64,000 nucleotides of DNA from a virus (IMGVR_UViG_3300021431_000112:12364-76363); one strand, 5' to 3'. Shown: positions 31,571 through 41,820, numbered from the stretch's first letter. Numbers and translations: made by a program. The notes: generated by a model not told the origin, from the sequence alone.

Positions 31571-32137
31571 ATGAATATAAATGAAGCAAAAGAAGTATTG
31601 GAACAGAATGGTTTTATTTGTGAATCCAAACAGAATGAAATTGTTCTTCTTGATACAGACGCAAGTAACTATACCTTAGAGAATGTTCGTAATTGGAAAG
31701 ACAATGAAACCATTGAAGAAGATTCTGATGAATACTGGGATGCAGTAAATGAAATGGTTGACTTTGAATTGGAAGACTTTAAAACTGATGCTGCATTTAA
31801 CTTTGATCTTGGCTATTGCTTGGTAAAGGCTACTGCTGGATTATGGAATGGCAATAGAGATGGTGTCGGCATTAGAATGATTGAATCTGGTGCTGATTTG
31901 TTAAATTGCTTATCCAAAGACTGTGACAATGTTAAGGTAGTATTGAATGAAGATGGACTAGTAATGTATGGCTATCATCATGACGGTACCAATGTTTACA
32001 AATTTTACCAATTGAATGATAAGGGTGTAGAATACTGGGAAAAGCATGAAGATGATTATGAAGAATCTAAAATTCTTCAAAATCTAATCAGTGGAAAAAT
32101 GGTAAAGAAAATTACAAAAGAAATGATAGGATTTTAA
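31571..32137 (+). CDS. Hypothetical acidic protein, putative head protein
   Basis: MNINEAKEVLEQNGFICES. Confidence 0.6.
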   Translation: MNINEAKEVLEQNGFICESKQNEIVLLDTDASNYTLENVRNWKDNETIEEDSDEYWDAVNEMVDFELEDFKTDAAFNFDLGYCLVKATAGLWNGNRDGVGIRMIESGADLLNCLSKDCDNVKVVLNEDGLVMYGYHHDGTNVYKFYQLNDKGVEYWEKHEDDYEESKILQNLISGKMVKKITKEMIGF

Positions 32138-32139
32138 TT

Positions 32140-32997
32140 ATGAACGAAAATACATCATTTAAACAGTATCTTAACGAATGTGGTTATGGATTGATGGAAT
32201 ACCAAGAACAGGTCTATAAGGCTTGTCTATCACTTGGTAACTATACAAACATTGACTTGTATTATCAAGATGAAATTGAAAAAGCATTTGACAATCAAGA
32301 ACCAGTCAATGAAGTAGCCGCAAGAATCTGTGCTATGTTTGATGAAGACTATGGTAAAGCATCCATGTCACCTGAAAATGGTTATGAAGATTTTGAAAAA
32401 GAATATGGAAAATCTTTACCTGACTTGACCAAAGACAATGAAGAATATGAAGAACCATTTGTAGACCAATACGATTTTTCAAATGACTTCATGGGTGAAG
32501 CAACAGAAAACAAGAAAGAAGATGATGGCTTAAGTGATGGTGAATCCTATGACCAATGGAAAGAATATGTTTTCAAGTATCTTGACAAGAGAGTAGATGT
32601 AGACAAGATTAAGGAATTGGGAACATACATTAAGGATTTCATTAAGCAGGAATATGACAATGGTGAACCTAGCTGGTTTGCTTGTGCTGAATCCATAGTG
32701 AACTATGCTAGAATCAAGTATCCTGATGCATTGAAAGATAGGGCAAGCAATGCTTTCTCTATTACTGAAAATTTGAAAAATGATACACCAAAAGTTTGGG
32801 TGGTAACATTCAATAATGAGGATGAAGCTGCTGAAGAAGAATACTTGTTCACTAAGGAAAGTGGTTATGATTCAATGTTCGACATTGAACTTAAAGGAAA
32901 CACCATACTAATTGAAGATACACCAAAATCTAGGAAGTTCGTACCAGAATGGTTTGGTAATAAAGCAGAACTTGTTGATGTAACTGAAGTAGAATAA
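32140..32997 (+). CDS. Hypothetical acidic protein, putative head protein
   Basis: FKQYLNE N-terminus. Confidence 0.6.
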   Translation: MNENTSFKQYLNECGYGLMEYQEQVYKACLSLGNYTNIDLYYQDEIEKAFDNQEPVNEVAARICAMFDEDYGKASMSPENGYEDFEKEYGKSLPDLTKDNEEYEEPFVDQYDFSNDFMGEATENKKEDDGLSDGESYDQWKEYVFKYLDKRVDVDKIKELGTYIKDFIKQEYDNGEPSWFACAESIVNYARIKYPDALKDRASNAFSITENLKNDTPKVWVVTFNNEDEAAEEEYLFTKESGYDSMFDIELKGNTILIEDTPKSRKFVPEWFGNKAELVDVTEVE

Positions 32998-33092
32998 GTT
33001 TAAATTTTTCAAAATTGTTCGTTATATATAATAGACATTTGCTATTTTTAGCAATCATAAACAACGTTGTGAAGTGAAAAAGGAAAAATAAT

Positions 33093-33986
33093 ATGATAGA
33101 TAAAGATACATTAAGAACAGCTCGTAGAACAGTTGAACGCAATGGTTTTACGGTTCTCCCACCTCGTGAAAACGATGAGAGAGCATTGAACCGTTTTAGG
33201 ACTAGAAGAGAAGTACAGAGAGAAGAGAGAGAAGATCTTGAAGATCGTCCTGCTCGACCAGCTCGTCCTGCTCCTCGTTATCGTGATGTAGTTGAACAGG
33301 AACCAGTTCGTACTCGTCCCGCACCTCGTCCTCATTATCGTGATGAGGAAGAAGTAGAAGATCGTCCAGTTCGCAGATTCAAGCCACTTCGTGGCCGCGA
33401 TGTAGAACCAGTTGACGATTATGAAGATCGCCCTGTTCGTCAGACTAGAGTACCTCGTGAAATAGAAGACGAATACGAAGATCGTCCAGTTCGTTCTTCT
33501 CGTTTTGACAGACCAAATCGTCCTGTCCGTAGGGAAATGAACGATGACGAAAAGCTCGGTGCAGCAATTCGTACTGCTGAAGAAAATGGATTCACTATCC
33601 GTAAGATGTCCAAACTAGACCAAGCAAAGCAGGTAGCACGTGACAATGGTTTCAGTTTCCGTAGACTGGAAGATGACGATGAAGATGTTCCTGCTAGTAA
33701 GCCAGTTCGCACTCTTCGCACCAATCGTGTCGAAGACCAAACTGAAACACCACGTGCTTCTGCAGAGCGTCCACAGAGACCTTTGGTCCGCAACAGACAC
33801 AATGCTCCTGTAGATGACGGCATTAGGACACGTACCGCTCCAGATACTGAGATTAAGAACGATACCGTTCCTGCTCCTGCGGCTGAACCAACACCAACTG
33901 AGACAAAGCCTGAACCAAAGAAGAACACATATGCTGACGATTTCATGAATCGTGCTGCTAGATTCTTTGGTGATGACAATGACTAA
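33093..33986 (+). CDS. Arg/Glu/Asp/Pro-rich low-complexity protein with EDRPVR repeats
   Basis: GAAGATCG(T/C)CC repeated four times; about 50 Arg residues. Confidence 0.7.
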   Translation: MIDKDTLRTARRTVERNGFTVLPPRENDERALNRFRTRREVQREEREDLEDRPARPARPAPRYRDVVEQEPVRTRPAPRPHYRDEEEVEDRPVRRFKPLRGRDVEPVDDYEDRPVRQTRVPREIEDEYEDRPVRSSRFDRPNRPVRREMNDDEKLGAAIRTAEENGFTIRKMSKLDQAKQVARDNGFSFRRLEDDDEDVPASKPVRTLRTNRVEDQTETPRASAERPQRPLVRNRHNAPVDDGIRTRTAPDTEIKNDTVPAPAAEPTPTETKPEPKKNTYADDFMNRAARFFGDDND

Positions 33987-34011
33987 GTTCTACTAAGTTT
34001 AACTAAAAATG

Positions 34012-34040
34012 AAAAAGACCTTCTCATGGAGGGTCTTTTT
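34012..34040 (+). terminator. Intrinsic terminator
   Basis: AAAAAGACCTTC-TCATG-GAGGGTCTTTTT. Confidence 0.7.
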
Positions 34041-34135
34041 CTATATTTTTTATAAAAATCATAAATATAAAACCCAATTTTGTATTTTTTGGTGAATTTG
34101 ATTTTATTATTGTAGGCAAAGAAAAAGAGGTTATA

Positions 34136-36287
34136 ATGAAGATAAGAAAGCGTAATGGTTCCGAAGTAACATTTAACAAGCAAAATATAGTTGAAGCAAT
34201 TTCAAGAGCGAATGAAAAAGTTAGATTAGAAGATAGGCTAACTATTCAGGAAATCAAAGAAATTGCTAAAAATATAGAAGAAACTTGTAAGGTGTCACCT
34301 GTCGCTATTGGTTATAAAGATATACAGAAAATGGTAGAAACAGCAATAATGAAAGCAGGTAAATTTGATGTTGCTACTGAGTATATTACATTCCGTTATC
34401 AAAAGGCACTTGAAGAAAGAAAAAATACGATTGATGATAGAGTATTGTCTTTGTTGAATGGTGACAATGAAGACATTCAGCAAGAAAATGCTAACAAGAA
34501 TCCAAACATTGTAAGTACAATGAGAGATTATATGGCTGGCGAAGTATCAAAAGACATTTCTCAAAGATACTTACTACCAAGTGACATTTATGATGCTCAT
34601 AAAGAAGGAATAATTCATTTTCATGATATGGATTATTTCGCAATGCCAGAACATAACTGTTGTCTAATTAACTTGGATGATATGCTTCAAAACCGGAACT
34701 ATTATTTCTGGTACAAAAATTGACAAACCACATACATTCAGGAATGCTTGTAACATTGCTTCTCAAATTGTAGCACAAGTAGCATCTTCTCAATATGGTG
34801 GTCAGACAATTACAGCATCTCATTTATCAAAGTTTATTAAAGAAGCTAGAGAATACTTCAAAAAAGAATTTCCAACATTTACTAAAGAACAAATTGAAGA
34901 ATTAGTAAAGAAAGACATTCGTGATGGTGTACAGACATTACAATATCAAATTATTACATTGCAGACAACAAATGGTCAAACACCTTTCGTATCTGTATGT
35001 CTATATTTGAATGAAGCAGAAAATGAAGAAGAAAAAGAAAATCTTGCTGTAGTAATTGAAGAAATTCTTCGTCAAAGAATTAAGGGAGTAAAAAACGAAA
35101 ATGGTCAATTCTATGCTAACCCATTTCCAAAACTTCTTTATGTTCTAGAAGAAGATAATGTTACACCAGATAGCAAATACTATTATTTGACAAAGCTTGC
35201 TGCTGAATGTACTACAAAGAGAATGGTTCCTGACTATATCTCTGAAAAAGTAATGAAGCAGTTGAAGATTAGTAAGAAAGGTGAGCCAGGTGATTGTTAC
35301 CCCTGTATGGGGTGCAGATCTTTCCTAACCCCATATCGTGACCCAAAGACAAAGAAACCAAAGTATTATGGTAGGTTTAACCAGGGAGTAGTTACAATCA
35401 ATCTTCCTGATGTTGCTTTGACCGCCAAAGGGGATTTGGAAAAATTCTGGTACATTCTTGAACAGCGTCTTGAATTGTGCCATCGTGCTTTGAGACTTCG
35501 TCATGAACATTTAAGAGGTGTAAAATCTGATGTTGCACCTATCCTTTGGCAAAATGGTGCTTTCGCTAGATTGAAGAAAGGAGAAACTATTGATAAATTG
35601 CTTTACAATGGCTATTCTACAATCTCATTAGGTTATTCTGGTTTGTATGAAACAGTAAAAGTTCTTATCAATAAATCATTGACAGATGAAGAAGGTCTAG
35701 AACTTGGTAAGAAAATCATGCAGGTATTGAATGACAAATGCCGTGATTGGAAACAAGTAGAAAAGATTGATTATTCTGTTTATGGTACACCCATTGAAAA
35801 TACAACTGAAAAATTTGCTAAGTCACTACAGCGTAGATTTGGTACTATTCCTGGAATTACTGACAGAAATTATGTAACCAATTCTTATCATGTTCCTGTA
35901 TTTGAAAAGATAGATGCTTTCAAGAAGATTGATGTTGAAGCACAATTACAGAAACTATCTCCAGGTGGTGCTATCTCTTACATTGAAACTCCAAATATGG
36001 AAAACAATGTTGAAGCAATCTTGTCTGTTATTAAATACATTTATGACAACATAATGTATTGTGAAATCAATACAGAACTTGATTGGTGTCATTGTTGTGG
36101 TTCTACTGGGACTATTAAAATGATTAAGAATGAAGATGGAAAACTCATTTGGCATTGTGACCAATGCGGAAATGAAGATCTATCTAAAATGAATGTTGTT
36201 CGTAGAGTATGTGGCTATCTTGGAAATGTGAACTTTATGGCACAAGGAAGAATGGGTGATATTCACGATAGAGTAAAACACATCTAA
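34136..36287 (+). CDS. nrdD: Anaerobic (class III) ribonucleotide reductase with ATP cone; one +1 CGGN site
   Basis: MKIRKRNG..V.FN ATP cone, IHFHDMDY, HNCCLINLDDMLQN-G-T (skip C 34694), QYGGQT, MGCRSFL, RFNQGVVTINLP, RRVCGYLG. Confidence 0.95.
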
Positions 36288-36363
36288 AGTTAATTATAGC
36301 AAATATAAAAATAAAGGGGTGTTTTGTTACACCTCTTTATCTATCTGAAAAAGGGTTTTTAAT

Positions 36364-36867
36364 ATGAATTATGGTAATATAAAATACATTGATTCTGCGG
36401 ATGGTGATGGAATTAGAGTTTCCCTCTTTGTATCTGGTTGTCGCAATCATTGTAAAGGTTGCTTCAATGAATCTACATGGGACTTCAATTATGGTGAAGA
36501 ATTTACACCAATCCAGGAAAACGAGATTATAGAAGGTTGCAAGAAATCTTATATAGCTGGATTAACTATATTAGGTGGTGAACCATTTGAAGAAGAAAAC
36601 CAAAAAGTCCTTCTACCATTCATTGAGAAATTCAAGAAAGAATGTCCAGACAAGAACTTATGGATTTATACAGGTTACATTCTTGAAAGAGATTTGAAAA
36701 AAGGTTGTAGGAAGTATGTTGAAGATGTCACAGATAAAATTCTTCAAAATGTAGATGTATTGGTTGATGGACCTTTCATTTTGGAACAAAAAGATCTTAC
36801 ATTGAAATTCCGAGGTTCAAAAAATCAAAGATTATTGACTAGAGAAGAAATAATTTCTAAATTATAA
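36364..36867 (+). CDS. nrdG: Anaerobic RNR activating radical-SAM enzyme
   Basis: DGDGIRVSLFVSGCRNHCKGCFN, LGGEPF, DVLVDGPF, FRGSKNQR. Confidence 0.93.
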   Translation: MNYGNIKYIDSADGDGIRVSLFVSGCRNHCKGCFNESTWDFNYGEEFTPIQENEIIEGCKKSYIAGLTILGGEPFEEENQKVLLPFIEKFKKECPDKNLWIYTGYILERDLKKGCRKYVEDVTDKILQNVDVLVDGPFILEQKDLTLKFRGSKNQRLLTREEIISKL

Positions 36868-36871
36868 TGCT

Positions 36872-37873
36872 ATGAATCTAGAATTAAAATCATTGACAAT
36901 CAAAGACATCCCATTTGAACCAAATCTATCTAAAGTAGTTGGTTCATTGTATGACAACTTCAATAAGGAAAAATTTGACGAAGAAGTAGAAGTTCCAATT
37001 GAACTAACTGAATTCGTTGAATTGATGTATGACATCCATGGCCAAGACAAGCCAACAATTTATCCAATGGAATATGAACAGATTGATTTTGTTCCTTCCT
37101 ATGACGATGTTGTAATTGCTTATTCTGGTGGTCTTGATTCTTTATACTTGGCATTGAAATATAAAGAGATGGGTAAAACAGTCCATTTGTTCCATGTGCG
37201 AGGACTGAACAAGTTTTCTGCTGCATACGAATGTAAAGCAACGAGAGATGTAGCCGAGAAATATGGATTTGACTTGATAGAAGTTGGTTGTAGTAAAGCA
37301 AAGAAAGATTCACCATACCATCAGTTCTGGTCTGAGAATCCAATGAAGAATCAGTTAATTGAAAGCTTGATTATTGACTACTGTGCTGAGAATGGTTATA
37401 GTTATGTAACAAGTGGATATGAACATAATTGCCAAAATAGAACAATTGGGAAGATTGGTTATAATGTGACTGATTGGAAAGAAACTACTGAAACATTTGA
37501 TACTTGTATATTGAAACTCTGCAATGACTTGAAAATTGAATACTTGCTGGATAAGAACACAATGAAGAAAGCTGATGAACTCAAGGAGATTGCGGAAAAG
37601 AATGCTTTAGGTGATTACTTTAGTTGTACCGACCAGATACGATTCGTGAACATGCATAGGACAAACTGCGAGAAGAAGTATGGATTTAAGATGCCAATCC
37701 GTGGTTGTGGTTTGTGTAGGAAGTGCATGTGCCATTTGATTGGTCTGGATAGGAAGGGAGTAATTACATTACCAGAGCAATACAAGAAGGATTCAATCCA
37801 CAAGCTCAAGACAAAGTTCAAAGTAGAAGCAGCTAGTTATCTAAAGGAATTGGAAGATGAAGTTAACACATAA
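36872..37873 (+). CDS. PP-loop ATPase, QueC-like
   Basis: IAYSGGLDS PP-loop; C-terminal FSC...C...CGLCRKC. Confidence 0.65.
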   Translation: MNLELKSLTIKDIPFEPNLSKVVGSLYDNFNKEKFDEEVEVPIELTEFVELMYDIHGQDKPTIYPMEYEQIDFVPSYDDVVIAYSGGLDSLYLALKYKEMGKTVHLFHVRGLNKFSAAYECKATRDVAEKYGFDLIEVGCSKAKKDSPYHQFWSENPMKNQLIESLIIDYCAENGYSYVTSGYEHNCQNRTIGKIGYNVTDWKETTETFDTCILKLCNDLKIEYLLDKNTMKKADELKEIAEKNALGDYFSCTDQIRFVNMHRTNCEKKYGFKMPIRGCGLCRKCMCHLIGLDRKGVITLPEQYKKDSIHKLKTKFKVEAASYLKELEDEVNT

Positions 37874-38844
37874 ATGTTTAATTTGCGGCAAGTTTTTTAA
37901 TATAAGAGGCCGGACATTTAAGATTACATAAAATCACAAATAAAGAATACTATGATAAGTATTTTAAAAAGGAAGATGAAGGAAAATGTTTAATATGTGG
38001 TTCTGATACCTCATTTGAAGGACTTAATGCTGGATATAAAAAATTTTGTTCTTCTAAATGTGGTTCAAAATCTGAAGAAAAAATTGAAAAAATGAAACAA
38101 ACTAACATTAAAAATTGTGGCCATGAATGTTCTTTACATGGAACAAATGAAAATAAAACAAGACAAGCATTTTTTGATAAACATGGCAGCTATTATTCTG
38201 CCCAAAGTAAAGAAATTTTGGAAAAACAAAAACAAACAAAATTAGAAATTCATGGTGATGCGACTTATAATAATAGAGAAAAAGCACAAAAAACTTGTAT
38301 GAAAGTATATGGTAAAAAACACGCTAGTTGTTCAGAAAAAGTAAAATTAAAAGCCATTGAAAATAATGTTAAAAAATATGGAGTTAATTATCCTATACAA
38401 TTACCAGAAATTAGAAAAAAAGGACAACATAAATATAATTATTTTGGAATAAAATTTGATTCTTCAATAGAAATAGCATATTATATTTGGCTTAAAGATC
38501 ATAATATAGAATTTGAATACCAGCCAAATATAGATATAGTGTATCATTTAAATGGCGAAGAACATCATTATAATCCTGATTTTTTAGTTGAAGGGCGAGT
38601 GATAGAATTAAAAGGTTTGCAGTTCTTTGAAAATAAAGATCCAAGTAAAAAGATGATAAATCCATATAAGTATAAAAATGATACACCAGAAATCATACAA
38701 TACAGAAATGATTTAATGGAAGCAAAACATCAATGTATGATTGAGAATGGTGTAAAAATTATAACAGATTTTAAAGAAACTATAAATTATATTAAAAAAA
38801 CTTATGGAAAAGATTATTTAAATAGTTTTAAAAATGAAGAATGA
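37857..38844 (+). CDS. Zinc-finger plus PD-(D/E)xK-type endonuclease; one +1 CGGN site
   Basis: ATG 37857 MKLTHKCLICGKFFNIRG-G-HLRLHKITNKEYYDKYF (skip C 37911) joins the frame of ORF 38092; C-terminus FDSSIEIAYYIWLKDH...YNPDF.VEGRVIELKG. Confidence 0.75.
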
Positions 38845-39802
38845 TTTTAAACCAAATCCAAACAGGATTAAGAACTTGAACATGAACTGTACTCACGAAG
38901 AAGGGTGGGAAATAGTAGACAAGTTCGGAAAACATGCCTGGGAAGAATTCAAGAAGATTGATTTTCCATATCCAACACATTCATTAGAAGAATTGAAAAA
39001 TGAATGGAATAGTTTGGTTGAAAGACCAGGAGAGTTGAATTCAAAAGCTAGCAGCAAGATTATCACATCGTTACATCGTTCATTGTATGATGCAAGGAGA
39101 GGTGATAGCGAGAGAAGTCCAAGGGAGTTTTGGGATTATATCAAGACAGATTATGAAGCATTCAAGAAGTTCTATTTTAACAGAATCACGAGGTCTGACT
39201 GGTACAAAAAAAATGACAGGAAAGATACTTGGATGCGACAAGGCAAAGTCCCAACGAGAATCTATTTTGTTGGTATGACAAGTAGCATGATGGCACCAAG
39301 AGTATCGTTCTTCAAGCCATCACTAGCCAAATACATCGTTGAGAAGTATCTTAAACAATACGATACCATATTTGACCCGTGTGCTGGTTATGCAGGTAGA
39401 ATGCTTGGTACATTGGCTTGCAACAAGAAATACATTGGAAGGGACATCAACCAGACCACTATAACAGAAAGTAAAAATATATTTGATACAATCGTGAAGT
39501 CTCCAATGGATGATTTCTTTGGTGGTTATGAAGTAGATTTGGATGTTGCAGATTTATTTGCCAATTCTGGTAATTATGATTGCCTGTTTACTTGTACACC
39601 ATACGGGTTAAAGGAAGTATGGAACGAGAACGAAACAGATCTAAGTTGTGACGGGTGGATAGAAGCAATACTAGATAGATACAAATGCAAGGAATATGTG
39701 TTCGTTGTTGACGAAACTGAAAAGTTCAAAGACCACATTGTAGAGAGTATCTCAAACGAAGCACATTTTAGCAAGAACTGTGAGTTGATTTTAAAATTTT
39801 AG
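38834..39802 (+). CDS. Putative DNA methyltransferase (amino-MTase-like)
   Basis: IFDPCAGYAGRMLG motif I, YIGRDIN, LFTCTPY motif IV-like. Confidence 0.65.
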   Translation: MKNDFKPNPNRIKNLNMNCTHEEGWEIVDKFGKHAWEEFKKIDFPYPTHSLEELKNEWNSLVERPGELNSKASSKIITSLHRSLYDARRGDSERSPREFWDYIKTDYEAFKKFYFNRITRSDWYKKNDRKDTWMRQGKVPTRIYFVGMTSSMMAPRVSFFKPSLAKYIVEKYLKQYDTIFDPCAGYAGRMLGTLACNKKYIGRDINQTTITESKNIFDTIVKSPMDDFFGGYEVDLDVADLFANSGNYDCLFTCTPYGLKEVWNENETDLSCDGWIEAILDRYKCKEYVFVVDETEKFKDHIVESISNEAHFSKNCELILKF

Positions 39803-39818
39803 AAGGAGTTTTTATAAA

Positions 39819-40253
39819 ATGCAGTTTTCAACAATGGTTAGCAATAAAGAACTAGATTTAGGTCTATGCGTGGTGGATATAAAGCACAATCATAAGACTG
39901 GAAAGGTTGCTTATTCTGGTATAGAACCAATAATAGATAACTTAATAAAGATGAACAATTTTGAAGGAGAAAAGAAATCTATTGGACTAGAATTCAAAGA
40001 TAGATTCAATTTCAAGATTGGTAATACCATGTTTGAAGGGAGATGGCAGACATATAAAGACCCTATCAGTGGTAGAATAATGGAGAACCATTTGCTGTTC
40101 GTTTCACACCAGAAAACATTGCCCAGAATCACTACTAGAAGTCCAATTCCAGGATTGGTTATAAAATATGAAAAGCTTGAAGATGGAATGTATGAAATTT
40201 ATATCCTTTCAACAAATAAGATTATCAATAGTTTTGTTGAAAGATTTCTCTAA
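39819..40253 (+). CDS. Hypothetical protein
   Basis: AGGAG RBS; clean ORF. Confidence 0.55.
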   Translation: MQFSTMVSNKELDLGLCVVDIKHNHKTGKVAYSGIEPIIDNLIKMNNFEGEKKSIGLEFKDRFNFKIGNTMFEGRWQTYKDPISGRIMENHLLFVSHQKTLPRITTRSPIPGLVIKYEKLEDGMYEIYILSTNKIINSFVERFL

Positions 40254-40372
40254 TCTACAGATACTTGAAAGCCTTATGCTATAGAAACACAGAACAATAG
40301 TAGATGGTGTAGCGATAGCATTTTGGATAGCTGGCCCAGAGAGAGCCAGCTTTTGTGATCCATAAATAGTCT

Positions 40373-40579
40373 ATGGAATTAGACGAATTAAGAGATAAGT
40401 GGTCAGCATTCTTGTCAGCTAGCATTTCCGCTAAATATGGGAAAAGCGAAAAGGATAAGGAATGGATGATTGAGAAACTTCAAGAATTCGATAAGATTTG
40501 GGAGGAATACAAGAATGAACAATCCCGAACAGGAAAAGACAATCTTGGAGAATCTGAAGAAACTAGGGCTAGTGTGTAG
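40373..40579 (+). CDS. Small hypothetical protein
   Basis: After CATAAATA near 40360; overlaps the next gene. Confidence 0.5.
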   Translation: MELDELRDKWSAFLSASISAKYGKSEKDKEWMIEKLQEFDKIWEEYKNEQSRTGKDNLGESEETRASV

Positions 40580-40852
40580 CCTTGGTCGGCCAAAGGTATT
40601 CCCGGGAACAATGAATACCATAACTGGTATGTGGTAGGCACGAACGATGGCTCTTTTGGGGAACTTGAGTTTTCTTCAAAGCCAATATGGAGAATAAAGT
40701 GGTGGCATAAAGGAAACATCCATAGGGATACTGGCTACATTGACAAGAATTTTCAAAAGTTCATAGACCACATATTCAATGATAGCATACCTGGTATAAA
40801 GAGCATGAAACTTGATGAGAAGATCAAGTTGATTGATAGCGATTTTGATTAA
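40515..40852 (+). CDS. Hypothetical protein of the I-x-x-D-F family; two +1 CGGN sites
   Basis: ATG 40515 after GGAGG; skipping C at 40587 and 40603 gives SLG-G-QRYS-G-NNEY and joins ORF 40631, ending KLIDSDFD. Confidence 0.7.
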
Positions 40853-40887
40853 AGTTTAAAGATTAAACTTAAAATATAATAGAAGTA

Positions 40888-41820
40888 TTGAAAATACTTA
40901 ATAAATATATTAAAATTGACATTAGGGATTTAAGTATGAAATTAGATGAAGCAAAAAAGATTTTAAAGGACAATGGTTTTGAAGCAATAGAACCAGATGA
41001 AAAGAAAGTAGTAAAAAACAATAAATCTGATTTTGATATAGATGCCATTCCAATGGAAGTTTTGGATAAAGGGTGGAAAAGATACCATCCATACAATTTT
41101 ACAATAACCCACAGTAATCCATTATCAAGAAGAAAAAGGATTACTGAAGGAACAGAATACTTAAAGCAGATACAAGAAGTTAAAAAGGATATTATTCATA
41201 CTTACCCTATATCAAAAGAACAATTCCTTATAAAAGAAGGCGAGCATGGATTATATGCGGCTATTCTTATTGCTTTGACAGATGATAATGCAGATATAAT
41301 AGAATATGCTATGGAAAGTCAAGGATTTTTTAGAAGTCAACCAACAAATGAACAATTGCTAATTGACAGAAAAAATCGTGTTTGGTTAGATATGAGATTT
41401 GAGCCGAAAAATCCAGATGATGTAACTATGGATTTGAAAGATAGATATAACTATGTCTATCATCTTGTTCCAAGTATCAAGGAAAAAGATATAGAGAAAA
41501 ATGGAATAAAAGCTTCAAATAATAATCCAATGTATAGATACTCTGAAGATAGAGTGTTTGTCACAGAAGGCAATATAAAAGATCAAGGAATACAAGATCT
41601 TGTTGATACACTTTATGTTCAAGCATTAAAGAAAAATATAGAAAATTTAACAAATGAATATACACTATTTAAGATTGATTTGAATTCATTGGATAAAAAT
41701 ATACGATTCTTTTATGATATAAATGAAAAGAATGGTCTATATACAAAAATGGATATACCTGCCACAGCAATAGTCGGTAAAAAACATGTTTATGCCAATT
41801 CTGGTATAAATAATCTGTAA
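40888..41820 (+). CDS. Hypothetical protein; C-terminal part weakly ART/Tpt1-fold-like
   Basis: Likely start near 40936 (MKLDEAKKILKDNGF); YVYHLVPS..KDIEKNGIKA...RVFV...LFKID...LYTKMDIP. Confidence 0.5.
   Translation: MKILNKYIKIDIRDLSMKLDEAKKILKDNGFEAIEPDEKKVVKNNKSDFDIDAIPMEVLDKGWKRYHPYNFTITHSNPLSRRKRITEGTEYLKQIQEVKKDIIHTYPISKEQFLIKEGEHGLYAAILIALTDDNADIIEYAMESQGFFRSQPTNEQLLIDRKNRVWLDMRFEPKNPDDVTMDLKDRYNYVYHLVPSIKEKDIEKNGIKASNNNPMYRYSEDRVFVTEGNIKDQGIQDLVDTLYVQALKKNIENLTNEYTLFKIDLNSLDKNIRFFYDINEKNGLYTKMDIPATAIVGKKHVYANSGINNL

Noticed and set aside
33230-33500. CRISPR-like or non-coding repeat array
   Set aside because: The GAAGATCGTCC repeats are short, irregularly spaced and in-frame coding repeats (EDRP).
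5598-34697. CGG read as Arg with the following base skipped
   Set aside because: It would place Arg at conserved Gly positions (RPGMY, LKGWGE, YISGVF, LQNGT).
34136-36287. Intron or intein in nrdD, gyrA/B or gp18
   Set aside because: The breaks are a single base; no extra sequence or splicing motifs are present.
40290-40365. tRNA or ncRNA in the intergenic region
   Set aside because: Only a GCTGGC/GCCAGC hairpin followed by T's; no D/T arms. Probably a terminator.
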